Shown here one piece after another: positions 1 to 12,814 of a stretch of DNA of 64,000 nt. The notes under the pieces were generated by a model, which was given only the letters and a program-made list of their open reading frames with translations, was not told the origin of the DNA and made no database searches. Within the stretch, counting starts at the first letter, position 1. Each line of letters begins with the position of its first letter. Source of the stretch: Octopus sinensis. Lineage: Eukaryota. The stretch is from contig NW_021834228.1 in the NCBI RefSeq assembly GCF_006345805.1, positions 8,947 through 72,946 on the forward strand. Direction: 5' to 3'. The translations under genes and the position numbers were made by a program.

Positions 1-167
1 TTAAGCCAGGCTACGCTGAATCTAATCTGCACTAAGTAAGCCGTGACATTAATCTCTCTCTCTTGTACTTTCCCCGTTCATTATTTTTATTATATTTCTC
101 TCGATTGTAGCTCATTTTCTTCCCTTTCCTCCCTCCGGGTCCATCCATCTATCACTCTATCTGTCCG

Positions 168-257
<90 letters not shown>

Positions 258-270
258 ACTCTCTCTCCCT

Positions 271-318
<48 letters not shown>

Positions 319-530
319 CTGTCTGTCTGACTCAGTATCTGCCCTATCAATGTCTCTCTCTCCGATGTTAATGTGTTTACATCCCCGTAACTAGCGGTTC
401 GGCAAAAGAAGTCGATACAATATTTACTAGGCTTACAAAGAAGTCCTGGGGTGGATTTGTTTGACTAAACGTGGTGGTCCAGCATGAACGGAATCAAAAC
501 AATTGAAGCATCTAAAAGAATAACACAATA

Positions 531-581
<51 letters not shown>

Positions 582-1339
582 CATGTATCCTCCTAAAATA
601 GCTATAAATTTATGGTGTTTCTTTATAGATGTAGTATGAGGATATGTGATGAAAACAGCTTAGAAATACAATTAAAGTATTGACAATTGCTGCATGAATC
701 TCATGTTCAGCCATTTTGAAAAAAAAGCTCGTTGTTTGATATGAACGTCGATACATACCATCACTCCTGATGGGGACGAACGACAACAATATACGACGGT
801 GTGTTTAAAACCAATTATAGACGATGACTTCTATATTCAAATAAACAATTAAGAAATTCCAAACATAAGTACAAAACAGGGCAGAATTAAGGAATGTTTA
901 ACGGATTAAATCGACTTCAAATTCATGTTTTTATTCATTATTGGGATTAATATTTTTGTGATTACATGTCCGGAGGTCGAGTAAGTAATTTCAGAGAAAA
1001 ACCGCTGTAAAATAATTTTCTGTCTCCAACGTCAGCAATTCTCTCAAAACACCGTGTTAGTAATACTATTAATGTTTATAATAATCGTTATAGGATAAAG
1101 TGTAAAGATAATTGCTATTAAGTAAATACAGATCGATTCCGAATAACGTCAGAGGACTTGATTAAAAATAAAGATTTGCCGGAAGGGTTCGAATCAATCT
1201 ACTTTTCTGGCATTCACCTGTTATATGACTTACCTATTACAAATATAATTAGCAACAAAGACCGAAGTAAAATTAAATGCTATTATTAACGGATGTACTA
1301 GTTGCAGCATCGTCTGTGGTGGTCGTAAGTGAAGCAAAT

Positions 1340-1518
1340 TAGTAGTAGTAGTAGTAGTAGCAGCAGTAGTAGTAGTGGCAGCAGCAGCAGTAGTAGTAGT
1401 ATTTGTTGTTGTTGTTGTAGTAGTAGTAGTAGTAGTAGTAGTAGCAGTAGTAGTAGTAGTAGTAGTAGTAGTAGCAGCAGTAGTAGTAGTAGTAGCAGCA
1501 GCAGTAGTAGTAGTATTT

Positions 1519-1553
<35 letters not shown>

Positions 1554-1585
1554 GGTGGTAGTAGCAGCAGCAGCAGTAGTAGTAT

Positions 1586-1616
<31 letters not shown>

Positions 1617-1984
1617 TGTATAGCAACAGCGGCTGTGCTAGTAGTGATGGTATTGGCGAGCTGGCAGAGTCCTTAGCACGGCAGCGAAATGCATCATGGT
1701 ATTTCGGCCATATTCACGGCCTTGTACCAAAATTTGAAACCCTTAATATTAAAGTTTGCGATAATCGTTTTATGAAAAAGTAAAAGTAAAACAAAATAAA
1801 AAAAAACATATATGATTAATACTAAGTTAGGGATAAATTTCAGATAACGTCAGACTTAGCAAAATTACAGATTCGCCTGAGGGGCTGAAATAATACATTA
1901 TTCTAGTATTCATCTATTAAATTACCTGTTTTTATCAAATGGCATTAGTAGCATAAATAACAGAGGTATTACTATTATTATTAA

Positions 1985-2021
<37 letters not shown>

Positions 2022-2266
2022 TTATTATTTTATTATTATTATTATCATCATCATCATCATTATTATTATATTATTATATTATTATTATATTATTATTATT
2101 ATTATTACTATTATTATTTTCATTATTATTGTTATTATTATATTATTATTATTATTATTATTTTCATTATTATTATTATTTATTATTATTATTAATTATT
2201 ATTATTATTATTATCATCATCATTATTATTAATATTAGTATCATTATTATTATTTTATTATTATTA

Positions 2267-2303
<37 letters not shown>

Positions 2304-2331
2304 TATTATTATTATTATATTATTATTATTA

Positions 2332-2367
<36 letters not shown>

Positions 2368-2445
2368 TAATATTATTATCATCATCATTATTATTAATAT
2401 TAGTATCATTATTATTATTTTTATTATTATTATTATTATTATTAT

Positions 2446-2498
<53 letters not shown>

Positions 2499-2500
2499 CT
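1340..2500. repeat. (AGT/AGC)n and (ATT)n microsatellite blocks; representative of dozens of (TA)n, (GT)n, (GATA)n and (TAA)n tracts across the window
   Basis: Read directly from the sequence. Confidence 0.98.
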
Positions 2501-2782
2501 AACAGCAGCATCAGGATCAGGTGCAACGGTATTAGGGGATTCGGTGGTAGTCGGTGCAAAAGAATTAATATTGATAACAGTAGGTAAAGTGCAGCTGTAG
2601 CATCAGCATCAGTATTGACTATTATTAATAAGAGAAGTTTTCATATTAATAATCGTATTAATGACCTTGATTAATTAGCAATGAAAGCTACTAGTAAAAG
2701 TATCTCTATCAATGGAACTGAGACGTCCTACGTAATAATATGCAAGACGTAGTAGAGATTACGTGTGAAATATGAATTCAGT

Positions 2783-2946
2783 GCGTAGAAGTGGCCGTGT
2801 GGTAAGTAGCTTGCTTACGAACCACATGGTTCCGGGTTCAGTCCCACTGCGTGGCACCTTGGCCAAGTGTCTTCTGCTATAGCTTCGGGCTGACCAAAGC
2901 CTTGTGAGTGGATTTGGTAGACAAAAACTGAAAGAAGCCCGTCGTA

Positions 2947-3003
<57 letters not shown>

Positions 3004-3200
3004 ATGTTTCTGTGTTTGACCCCCAACATCGCTTGAGAACCGATGCTGGTGTGTTTACGTCCCCGTAACTTAGCGGTTCAGAAAAAGAGACGGATGGAAT
3101 AAGTACTAAGCTTACAAAGAATAAGTCCTGGGGTCGATTTGCTCGACTAAAGGCGGTGCTCCAGCATGGCCGCAGTCAACCGACTGAAACAAGTAAAAGA
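2783..3200 (+). mobile_element. tRNA-derived SINE, family A (octopus-type), full length, internal (AT)n(GT)n, LINE-derived 3' tail
   Basis: A-box-like TGGCCGTGTGG and B-box-like GGTTCAGTCCC. Body is near-identical to copies at 12815, 13275, 20787, 32430, 45910 and 53663. Ends GGTGCTCCAGCATGGCCGCAGTC..GACTGAAAC. Confidence 0.9.
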
Positions 3201-3451
3201 GGAAGAGAAAGAGAATACGAAAGGGAAGAAGATACACATTCCAAGTGAAAGACATTTTAAACCGGAAAGGTTCCTGAGATAAACACGTCGGGGTTGTTGG
3301 AGGCATGACACGTCATAGGTGCGAGGAAAGGAGAAGAGATGGTTGTTTAATGGAGCGGTAAAGAGGTTTCGAGAATGGGAGTTGGTGATGGTGGGATGAG
3401 CACATCACTAATGCCAGTAGATTAAAACTAATTATAAAGAGTAGAATGTGC

Positions 3452-3516
<65 letters not shown>

Positions 3517-6500
3517 TACATATATTATATTCATATACATATAAATATGTATATATATATAAATATATAGATATGTATTTCGTTGCACATGCAGACACAC
3601 ACACACATATAATATATATATGCATTTATTATTATAGATACCCATATGAAGCTGTGCAGGTAAGCGTATGGATGGATAAATAGTTATAGATGAAGAAGGA
3701 CTCTGAAATAATAATAGAGAAAATATCTTCCAACTTTAATATGAAACGAAATTTTCCTAGCAGAGTTCATTTGCTTTGGTCAAAAATAATATATTGAATG
3801 AAATCTCTTCTTTGCAGAGAAGAGTTCTTACCGGAGAATTGAATGAAATATTTCAGTAAAGCTTATGAACACTACATCTTTTCATTTCCGTATGTTGTTG
3901 ACTGAAGCATTACACTGTCCCGTAGTCATGTCTGTAATATTATTCGAGAGGTTGTTGAAACTTTCGTGGATTTAGGTAAAATAAACTACAGGAGAATACG
4001 TTATGATTCTATCCAATATATTTCCTTCCCAGCCTCAAGTACATAGTGCAGCTATTCTTTAGTTTTTCTAAGCACAAGGAAGTTTAGGCCTCCAGCAAGA
4101 GCTTTCGTGATATCCGTGAAGCCACCCTCATAATTTTAAAATGAAAACGAATATATTCAAATATGCCATTAGCTTTTAAATCCACGGACACATATAAAAA
4201 CGTAACAAGTAGATACAAACTCAATATATAATTATATTCAATAACTCAGAAAGGAGCTGATTCCATTATATACAGGCGAAGCCGTCGTCAAGTGAATCGA
4301 GCTAGCTGCGTCTCGTTAGACCCTAAGTCAATTCGAATCACTAAAGGAGAGAATACAGAATCCATTGAAAGAATAAAATAATTGTAAATGATTTTGCCCG
4401 AGTAAGCAACCCACGCACGAATTAAAGATAAGCCTTGATGCAGTTAACAAACAAAATTATTATAAGAAACTGACGAGGAACGGAAACGTTGCAATCAAAA
4501 ATATCTCCTCCATACAATTAAGTCTAAATTATCTGAATACAGTCAAATGATGTACGCCTCAGCAAAAGCAATTGAGTCAAAGCGTACGATCGATAAAAAG
4601 GTAAGTAGACTTGCACTGCGCAGAGAATAAACCAAATTAAGAGAAAATTTCGAAAATCAAATAGAAATAATGAGAACAGAAATATCGTTCGGTGAAGAAT
4701 TTAATACGAAAAAAAAATTGCAAATAAGCTATGGAAACTGATGAAAAGTATTGGCTGAATAAGACAGAAAATATATCACCAGTCAAAGATTCAAGTGGGA
4801 AATGGTGGTCAAGTTTGGACGCTTGAGAATGTGAGGATAACAGAGGATATTTTTTTTCTTTTAGGCAAAACAAAATATAAAAATAAAAGACAAAAATATT
4901 TAGCGAGAGGACGAAAAATGACTAAAAAAATATTCATGAGAATTCATGAGATTCAGCAATGCTGCTCTTGCTGTTGCTGTTGAGCGAACGGTCTTCGTCC
5001 CAGAGCTTGCAAGACGGGAGAAGCCCGAAACGTTGTCCTTTTGCTATTCGTAAGACCCGCGGAAGAGAAAACAGATCAACCCCCGACACCGGGAGCATCG
5101 ACGGATGGATGAATGCGCATCCAGGCTCAGCGGTTGCCTTAGGAAGTCTGCGGAGCAATGCTGGTGGAAAATGGAGCGTGGTTGAAAGGCCAAAAGAAAA
5201 GTACTGAAAAATAAAGAATTAGATAACGGACCAAAGCGAGCAAATATAAGAATTAAATAATTCAATGAAGCTTTTGGAGACCCTTATATGGGAAAGCACA
5301 TGTTTAATTATTTATACTATCATTTATCCATTAAATTAAGCACTCACAGACAAATTATATTTGAGGTTTGTTTCAGGTATGTTGGTTAATTGCAGACAAA
5401 ATCTAGATGCTGTTTACTATGTCATTTTGTTGAAGCATTGCAACTGCGCCGATAGAAGATATCAGATTTAATAAATAAATAAACGAATAAATGACAATAT
5501 AATTAAATAGAAGCTTTTTCAAATTATGTTTATTTCACTTGATCGTCACTGATACAACATTGCAATGTATAAATTAAACGTATAGAAATCTAGAAATAAA
5601 TGTGACTAATTTTTTAAATTGCACGGATTCTGCTGGTACAAGATGTATGTCAAAAAATACTTCAAACAACGCTTCGAAAGACGCGAATTCAGTAAAGTCT
5701 TAAGCTCGAATAATCTGCACAATGCAACGCAGATTCTCTAAGTAATAAGATTAAATCGTTAATATGATTAAATAGATAAGGCATAAGAAAAACAAGAGTG
5801 TAACATTTCGGTAACAGAACCTACGAGAATGCGATACACGCATTACAAAACTAAATTGCCACAAGGAAATACAAAAACATTGGAACACACTGAAATATAT
5901 ATTCTCTGAGTCAGAATTGGAAATTACATTTATGTATGTGAAGATTGTATTTTAAAAGTACATTGTGGAAGATTGTTGATCCGTATTTCCGTATGTTATA
6001 CTTTGGTTTGTATGTAGAGACATGAACGAGAAATCTCAATGTTGCATTAACAGAAAATCTACGCACATACCCGTTACTGATTCTATATATTGCATTTTAC
6101 AACTGTGGTGTTTCTTTGCATAATTTTACTTCACCTACGATAAATAATGGTTTCAAATTTTGGTACAAAGCAAGGTATGCCGATTGCATGGACGCAACTA
6201 CTCAACTTGTATTTAATTCATTGACCCCCGAAAGATGACAGGCAAATTCAACCTCGATGGAATATATACGATTACTATTGAATACATTGGTAAGGAAACA
6301 AGCTGACATAATCCTTAGTACGCCAGATACAAGGATTATCGTCATTTTGTCTCTCCTGTCTTTAACCGTTTACGTACAAATTCCGTCGAGGTCGACATAA
6401 CCCACATTCGAACATACTGGCGTTGTGGCCAACTTTGAAAGCAATATATGCATGGGAAAAAATGGCGAGTAGCTAGCAGAACCATTAGGACCCTGGGAGA

Positions 6501-6554
6501 AATGAAGCTAATCGTTTTGTCCTAACGATTCTGTCCGCTACCCACCCTTATTTC

Positions 6555-7653
6555 TCTAGGTTCATCTTACATACAACACTATTGCATTCCGTACAGGGGG
6601 ACTTACCAAATGTATAGGCATTGCAGATCAGGGATTTTAAAGGGGCACGTGCCTCTCCATTACTAAAAAAAAAACAGTAATTAATTGCTTTCTAAACAGT
6701 TATTAAATGCTTTTGAGCTGTAAGTATTATGTTTACTATTAATCAACAGACAACAGAAGTATCATAAACGAAGTTGTTCATAAAATACAATAGTTACGAT
6801 AGCAACACCCTGAAACATATGCAGGTAATACATGGAAAAATACTTTACGAATTCAGAAACTCAATATTAACAATCTCATATGTGTTGCTATATCCAATTA
6901 ATGGTATGAGAACAGAAGTCAGTGCTCTTATACTTAATTTGGAACAAAAATAATTCATAACATTACAGCTGAGGAGACACAATACTTTTACAATAAATAG
7001 CGTAATACTTTTACAATAACTCACGTCTGTATCTTTGCAGACGTGTCTGTTGAAGTGTCTCCAATAGCTGTCTGCGTGTATATATATTGCTGTCTCCCTT
7101 ATCTACATTCCTAAGCAATTTGACAAACGCAGATCAATGTTCTATTGACTATTTATCTGTCAGTCCACCAAATGAGATCAAATAAATTTAGGAAAGTAAA
7201 GAGTTTATCAAATTTTATCAGTTCCATAGACCAATATCGAGAATTGCAATGTTCTGTGTACAAAGTACTGAAGCAAATCACAGTATACTGCGCCATATAA
7301 ATTTAATAAAATAAGTCTAGAATATTAGAGTGTGTGTTGAAAACAGGGAATATGAAGTTATACAACTGAAGGTTATAGTGTACGCACGATATTTACCAAA
7401 CACAGAAGAAATGTGAGAAATATGGAAGTATAAATATCAAGGGGCAAACAGTTTGGATATGACATTGGTAAAACAAGAACATAATACTTACAGCTCAAAA
7501 GCATTTAATAACTGTTTAGAAAGTAATTAAGTACTGTTTTTTTAGTAATGGAGAGGCACGTTCCCCTTTAAAATCCCTGATCTGCAATGCCTATACCTTT
7601 GGTAAGTCCCCCTGTACGGAATGCAATAGTGTTGTATGTAAGATGAACCTAGA
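6555..7653. mobile_element. Foldback/MITE-like element with ~180 bp terminal inverted repeats
   Basis: 6555-~6738 is the reverse complement of ~7479-7653 with few mismatches; ~740 bp non-coding interior; no clear TSD. Confidence 0.75.
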
Positions 7654-8230
7654 CGTTAACTGTAAAATTAGGAAACTAGTGAATAGCTTATGATGTACTG
7701 AGGGACTGTGCACAAACGTGATAGCTACCTAATTTGGAGAGACTGCACGTAGCATAGGAGAGTGTATAGGTGGCCATTGGCGGGAATTGAAAGAAGGGAA
7801 AATCTCGTCAGTGCTCTACGAACATGCTCAGGCTGAAAATGCCTTCGAAATAAACGAGGCTAATGATAACTGACACATACTAGCAAAATATGAAGCACTA
7901 CCCTTATAGTACGAAAAGAAATTTGAGACGAAAACGTTTGAATACACATAACTCTGTGTGTGCGTTTTTGCGGGTGTGTGCGCGTGTATGCGTGCATGTG
8001 TGTGTGTGTGTTCGTATTTGTGTCTGTGTATATGTGTGCGGGTTTATGTGTGTTTGTCATTGTCAGTGTTAGTATTCTGTATGTATATGCCTATTTATGC
8101 GGCACCAGATTAATCATTATCATACAGAATTACTCTCGAAGATGGGAATAATGAGCGATAGTCGCAATAAATGGTAGAAGAGCCTTTTCATGAGCGCACG
8201 CAGAACTGTTCCACATGAACAAACTTAAAG

Positions 8231-8292
<62 letters not shown>

Positions 8293-8296
<4 letters not shown>

Positions 8297-8626
8297 ATAA
8301 ATATTAGGGAATAAATCCAAATTTACAGGGAAAAAAATCAGGTTTAGGATTAAATCCAATTTTATAGTAAAATATTATATAATATTAATTAGAGACAAAA
8401 CCACTATTTTGCAAAACAAACAAGGAAAGACTTAATCAATACATAAAATTTTTATAAAAAGTAAAAAAAAACCGCCACTACAATTGTTTCATGTCTTGAT
8501 CGACAATCTTCAGGTGGATTTCCGATTTTCAAGTCAGTTTCAAATTATTAAAATTTTATGTATTGATTAAGTCTTTCCTTGTTTGTTTTGCAAAATAGTG
8601 GTTTTGTCTCTAATTAATATTATATA
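8293..8626 (-). mobile_element. PLE-like non-autonomous repeat (HHR family 1) with partial inverted arm, in (TA)n
   Basis: Homologous to 35050-35445 and 45075-45190. Arms 8377-8452 and 8550-8626 are inverted. Contains an HHR motif. Confidence 0.7.
8475..8517 (-). ncRNA. Minimal type-I hammerhead ribozyme (canonical core)
   Basis: Minus strand reads CCAC-CTGAAGA-TTGTC GATCAA GACAT-GAAA-CAATTG-TA-GTGG. Stem I is CCAC/GTGG, stem III is the palindrome ACAATTGT, and the cleavage triplet is GUA. Confidence 0.85.
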
Positions 8627-8653
8627 TATATATATATAATATATATATATATA

Positions 8654-8784
8654 AGGTGTCCCAACAAAATGTATACACACCTTAAATAATTGTAAATTTG
8701 TTATTCTTTGTAAGCCTAGTACTTATTCTATCGTTCTCTTTTGCCGAACCACTATGTGCATACATTTTTTGGGGACAACCTGTA
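8654..8784. mobile_element. Tc1/mariner-type MITE containing a SINE-A fragment
   Basis: TIRs AGGTGTCCCAACAAAATGTATACAC and GTGCATACATTTTTTGGGGACAACCTGTA lie in TA context. 8701-8753 is the reverse complement of the SINE-A 3' body. Confidence 0.65.
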
Positions 8785-8896
8785 TATACGTATATATGTA
8801 TGTGCCTGTACGTGTATGTATGTACGTATGTACACCGAAATAATTGGTGGTCTTTAAAGGAAAGAAAAAGGTCAATAAATACTTGCCACTACATTT

Positions 8897-9413
8897 TTAA
8901 TCAACCAAGAATGAACCATTTTGTTGCACAATGCGTCTCCATCTTTCCTTTAACTTGAAAATATCCTCTTCCCAGAATTGAGGTGGTTTCATGGAAAAGA
9001 ATTCATCAAGGTATCTTTTTACGTCACCCAAGGAATTGAAATTTTTACCATTAAAACTATTCTGCAGAGACATGAATAAGTGGAAATCCGAAGGAGCAAT
9101 ATCTCGGGAAAATGGGTGCAATATCTCGGGGAAATGGACTGTGGGATAACACATCCTAGCCAAGCTGCAACCATTTTTGTCTAGTTCCCAACGCATCAAG
9201 TGCCGAAAATGAACTTTCTGATATTCCATTTTAAAGCGTTACAGAATTAACACAGGTTATAAGAATATTAACCTTCTTCCACGAAAAGATAGCTTAAGCT
9301 GTGCTCTAAATGGAGGTGTAGACAAATCCTATTTTATGGACTCAACCATGTTCTAAAATAAGTCGAAATGCAAGCTATTATACATCGGAACGAACTTTCC
9401 GGACAGCCCAATA
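8897..9413 (-). mobile_element. Internally deleted mariner transposon (transposase ORF 8897-9229)
   Basis: ORF has LHPFSRDIAPSDFHLF (the HPPYSPDLAPSD motif) and the C-terminus KLKERWRRIVQQNG, fused to a mariner-like N-terminus MEYQKVHFRHLM. TIR-like TATTGGGCTGTCCGGAAAGTTCG at ~9383-9413. Confidence 0.9.
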
Positions 9414-9734
9414 TATAGAAAGATAGACACAGACAGACAGGTTGAAGAGAAGGTAATATATATGTATGTATAATGAATTATAACGAAAGTGGTAATGTAA
9501 AACCAGGAGACTAGCAACGTGAGATGAGTGTCCAAAACTGTGCAACTTTCTGTAGCAAAGACCATTGTAAACTTTATCATAGAGTATCGATAAATACCAA
9601 AAGAGATTCTAACCCTCATATAAATCAGAACTTACTTTCTTAGAACATGATATGGTTAAAATGTTACTGATATAACTTCAGATTAGAAAATTTGGGATGT
9701 TATTTGGTGGAATGCTCTTTTGGTGTTAAATAAC

Positions 9735-10290
9735 TAAAAAAGTTTAAAAGAGGATGTTTAATCTCAAAGATGAAGTGCCGGAATATTTTCATAAAACAAA
9801 ATAGAAGTGTCTTCCAAGTGCTTGAAAGATGAAAAACGGCCGCAACTCCAACGTACTTGACAGACATTTTTCATGATATGCATCAACTGAACACGTCATT
9901 GCAATGTAATAAAGAAGATTTATTGATTTCAAGTGACACGTCACTCGGTTTAAAATACAAGTGGTCTTTGTAAAAATGTTGGTCTGTTGCAAAAAGGAAA
10001 TATTTGAATATATGAAACTAGTTGTTACTCTTAGATGTTAAGAAGCCTCTCGGTGAAATTTAAATAGCATTTAACGCTAAACGTCTCCTCATGTGTAGCC
10101 ACACTCAAACTTCAAACAACTATATTTAAAAAAATATTATTTACTGAATGTAGCGTAGACAACTTCTGCTTAGGATATGACTTGAAAATTGCATTTGTAC
10201 AGTTCTTTCTGGGAAATAGAAGAACGAGTTCCATACTTAGACTCTGCGAGTCCGCACTAAGTGGATGCCAAATCATGCAAAAAGTTTTCC
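9735..10290 (+). pseudogene. Decayed hAT (Buster/Charlie-like) transposase fragment
   Basis: Frameshifted translation gives ...YLTDIFHDMHQLNTSLQ... and ...SSILRLCESALS..., resembling the YLADIF..LN.LN.SLQG and dimerisation-domain (FSTTYLCESGFS) motifs of hATs. Confidence 0.7.
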
Positions 10291-10729
10291 CACTAGGAAA
10301 TCATCACATACGGAAGAAAGGGCTAATTACATACGGAATACAGAGAGATAGGTCCTGTATCTTTAGGTATTACTTTCTGTTAAGCATCAACAACAGTAAA
10401 GAAAACAAATATATACTGGAAGATTGTGTGAATAATTACAACAAGGCATTAAGAAAAAGAAATGCTGCCCAGCTCTTGACCATTTTATTTGTGGGTAATT
10501 CGAAAAAAACAAAGCATTAAATTTTGCAGATAAACACTTTATTTTTCGAATTAAGGTTTAATCAAACGAGGTAAAGATATATTTTTTGATTGCTCATTGG
10601 CGCGATACGTATCTTAATGTTTTTTTCTCAAGGTTTTTGGAAATGCAAAAGAGAAATAGTAATACTTTCTACTATAGGCACAACGCCTGAATTGTTAAGG
10701 GAAGAGGCCAGACGATGACATGGAACACA

Positions 10730-12271
10730 GTACGCAACTGGTACTCAATTTATCGACGCCGAAATGAGGAAAGACAAAGTTAATCTCGGCGGAATTTGAA
10801 CTCAGAAAACAGCGAAGAGCGAAATACCTGTTTATTTACTACCCACAAGGGGCTAAACACTGATAGGACAAACAAGGACAGACAAACGATTTATGTCGAT
10901 TATATCGACCCCAGTGCGTAACTGGTACTTATTTAATCGACCCCGAAAGGATGAAAGGCAAAGTCGACCTCGGCGGAAATTGAACTCAGAACGTAGCGGC
11001 AGACGAAATACCTATTTCTTTACTACCCACAAGGGGCTAAACACTGATAGGACAAACAAGGACAGACAAACGATTTATGTCGATTATATCGACCCCAGTG
11101 CGTAACTGGTACTTATTTAATCGACCCCGAAAGGATGAAAGGCAAAGTCGACCTCGGCGGAAATTGAACTCAGAACGTAGCGGCAGACGAAATACCTATT
11201 TCTTTACTACCCACAAGGGGCTAAGCACAGAGAGGACAAACCAGGACAGACAAACGGATTAAGTCGATTATATCGACCCCAGTGCATAAACGGTACTTAT
11301 TTAATAGACCCCGAAAGGTTGAAAGACAAGGTCAACCTCGGCGGAATTTGAACTCAGAACAAAGCGGCAGACGAAATACTTATTTCTTTATTATCCACAA
11401 GGGGCTAAACACAGAGGGGACAAACAAGGACTTACATGGGTATTAAGTCGATTACATCGAACCAATGCGTAACTGGTACTTAATTTATCGACCCCGAAAG
11501 GATGAAAGGCAAAGTCGACCTCGGCGGAATTTGAACTCACAACGTAACGCAGACGAAATACCGCTAAGCATTTCGTCAAGTGTGCTAACGATTCTTATTT
11601 CTTTATTGCCTACAAGGGGCTAAACATAGAGTAGACAAACAAGGACAGATACATGGATTAAGTCGATTACTTCGACCCCACTGCGCAAATGGCAATTAAT
11701 TTATCGAGTCTGAAATGATGAAAGGCAAAGTCGACCTCGGCGGAATTTGAAGTCAGAACGTAAAGATAAAAGAAACACCACTAAGATTTTCATTCGGCGT
11801 ACTAACATTCCTTATTTCTTTATTGTTCACAAGGGGTTAAACATAGATGGGACAAACAAGGACAGACACATGGATTATGTCGATTACATCGACCTCAGTG
11901 CGCAACTGGTATTTAAGGCGGTGAGCTGGCAGAAACGTTAGCGCGCCGGGCGAAATGCGTAGCCGTATTCGTCTGCCGTTACGTTGTGAGTTCAAATTCC
12001 GCCGAGGTCGACTTTACCTTTCATCCTTTCGGGGTCGATAAATTAAGTACCAGTTACGCACTGGGGTCGATGTAATCGACTTAATACCTGTGTCTGTCCC
12101 CTCTATGTTTAGGCCCTTGTGGGTAATAAAGAAATAGGTATTTAATTTATCGACCCCGAAATGATAAAAGGTGAAGTCGACATCGGCGGATTTGAACTCA
12201 GAACGGAAAGATAAACGAAATACCCCTAAGCACTTCGCTCGGAGTGCTGACGTTTCTGCCAGCTCGCCGCC
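10730..12271 (-). mobile_element. Head-to-tail array of 6-7 SINE family B units (minus strand) with a nested plus-strand copy
   Basis: Repeating ~184-220 bp units with B-box GAGTTCAAATTCC; 10841-11024 and 11025-11208 are nearly identical; complete 5' head at 12271. Confidence 0.9.
11917..12137 (+). mobile_element. Full-length SINE-B inserted into an opposite-strand SINE-B, 8 bp TSD
   Basis: Runs GGCGGTGAGCTGGCAGA...AAAGAAATAG, flanked by GTATTTAA at 11909-11916 and 12138-12145. The host SINE resumes after the TSD. Confidence 0.85.
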
Positions 12272-12814
12272 TTAGTAAGAATAGCAATATTAAAAGTAAT
12301 ATGCATAAGTGTTTATTGAATTAGAATTCATATAAGCTATGTACATATTATCAATTTCAGCGTTTGTGCCGGAGTATAAATTCATACAACGGCATTTAGT
12401 ACAATAAATATCATATGTAAAACACTTTATTTCTTAACTTTATGCATTATATTTTCTAGAAGTAAAAGGAAAATTAAATTAAATTTTGTTCATTTTATGG
12501 ACAATTTTCATTGATGATGTTATATTTAATATCGCCTAAACCTATACGATTAAATGTTATGTTGTTTAAAATTTGAGAGACGTGATCATTCCGCTAATCG
12601 CCCCTGGCAATGAATTCCATGCATAATCTAATAATACAGCTTGTGAGGGGAAATTATACTTCAGCTCAAAAGTAATATTGTTAGCAAATACATGTTGTAG
12701 GTTTCTGTTTCTGTGTTAGCAGAAACTCGTCTTAGATTGTACATTACTTCGAAGATTATACAAAATATTTTCTTCATAGGCACACAGATGCACTATCATT
12801 TGATTATAATTCTG

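Noticed and set aside
1329-2587. Poly-Ser, poly-Val and poly-Ile ORFs, and all YI/IY, LSIY, CV and TH-rich ORFs in the track
   Set aside because: They are translations of (AGT)n, (ATT)n, (TA)n, (ATCT)n and (GT)n microsatellites, with no domain content.
4470-4495. CTGACGA-GGAACG-GAAA-CGTT hammerhead-like string
   Set aside because: No stem II and no complementary stem I; probably chance or too decayed.
10893-11941. Repeated ORFs MSIISTPVRNWYLF... and related frames at 56616 and 62880
   Set aside because: Antisense reading frames of SINE-B copies.
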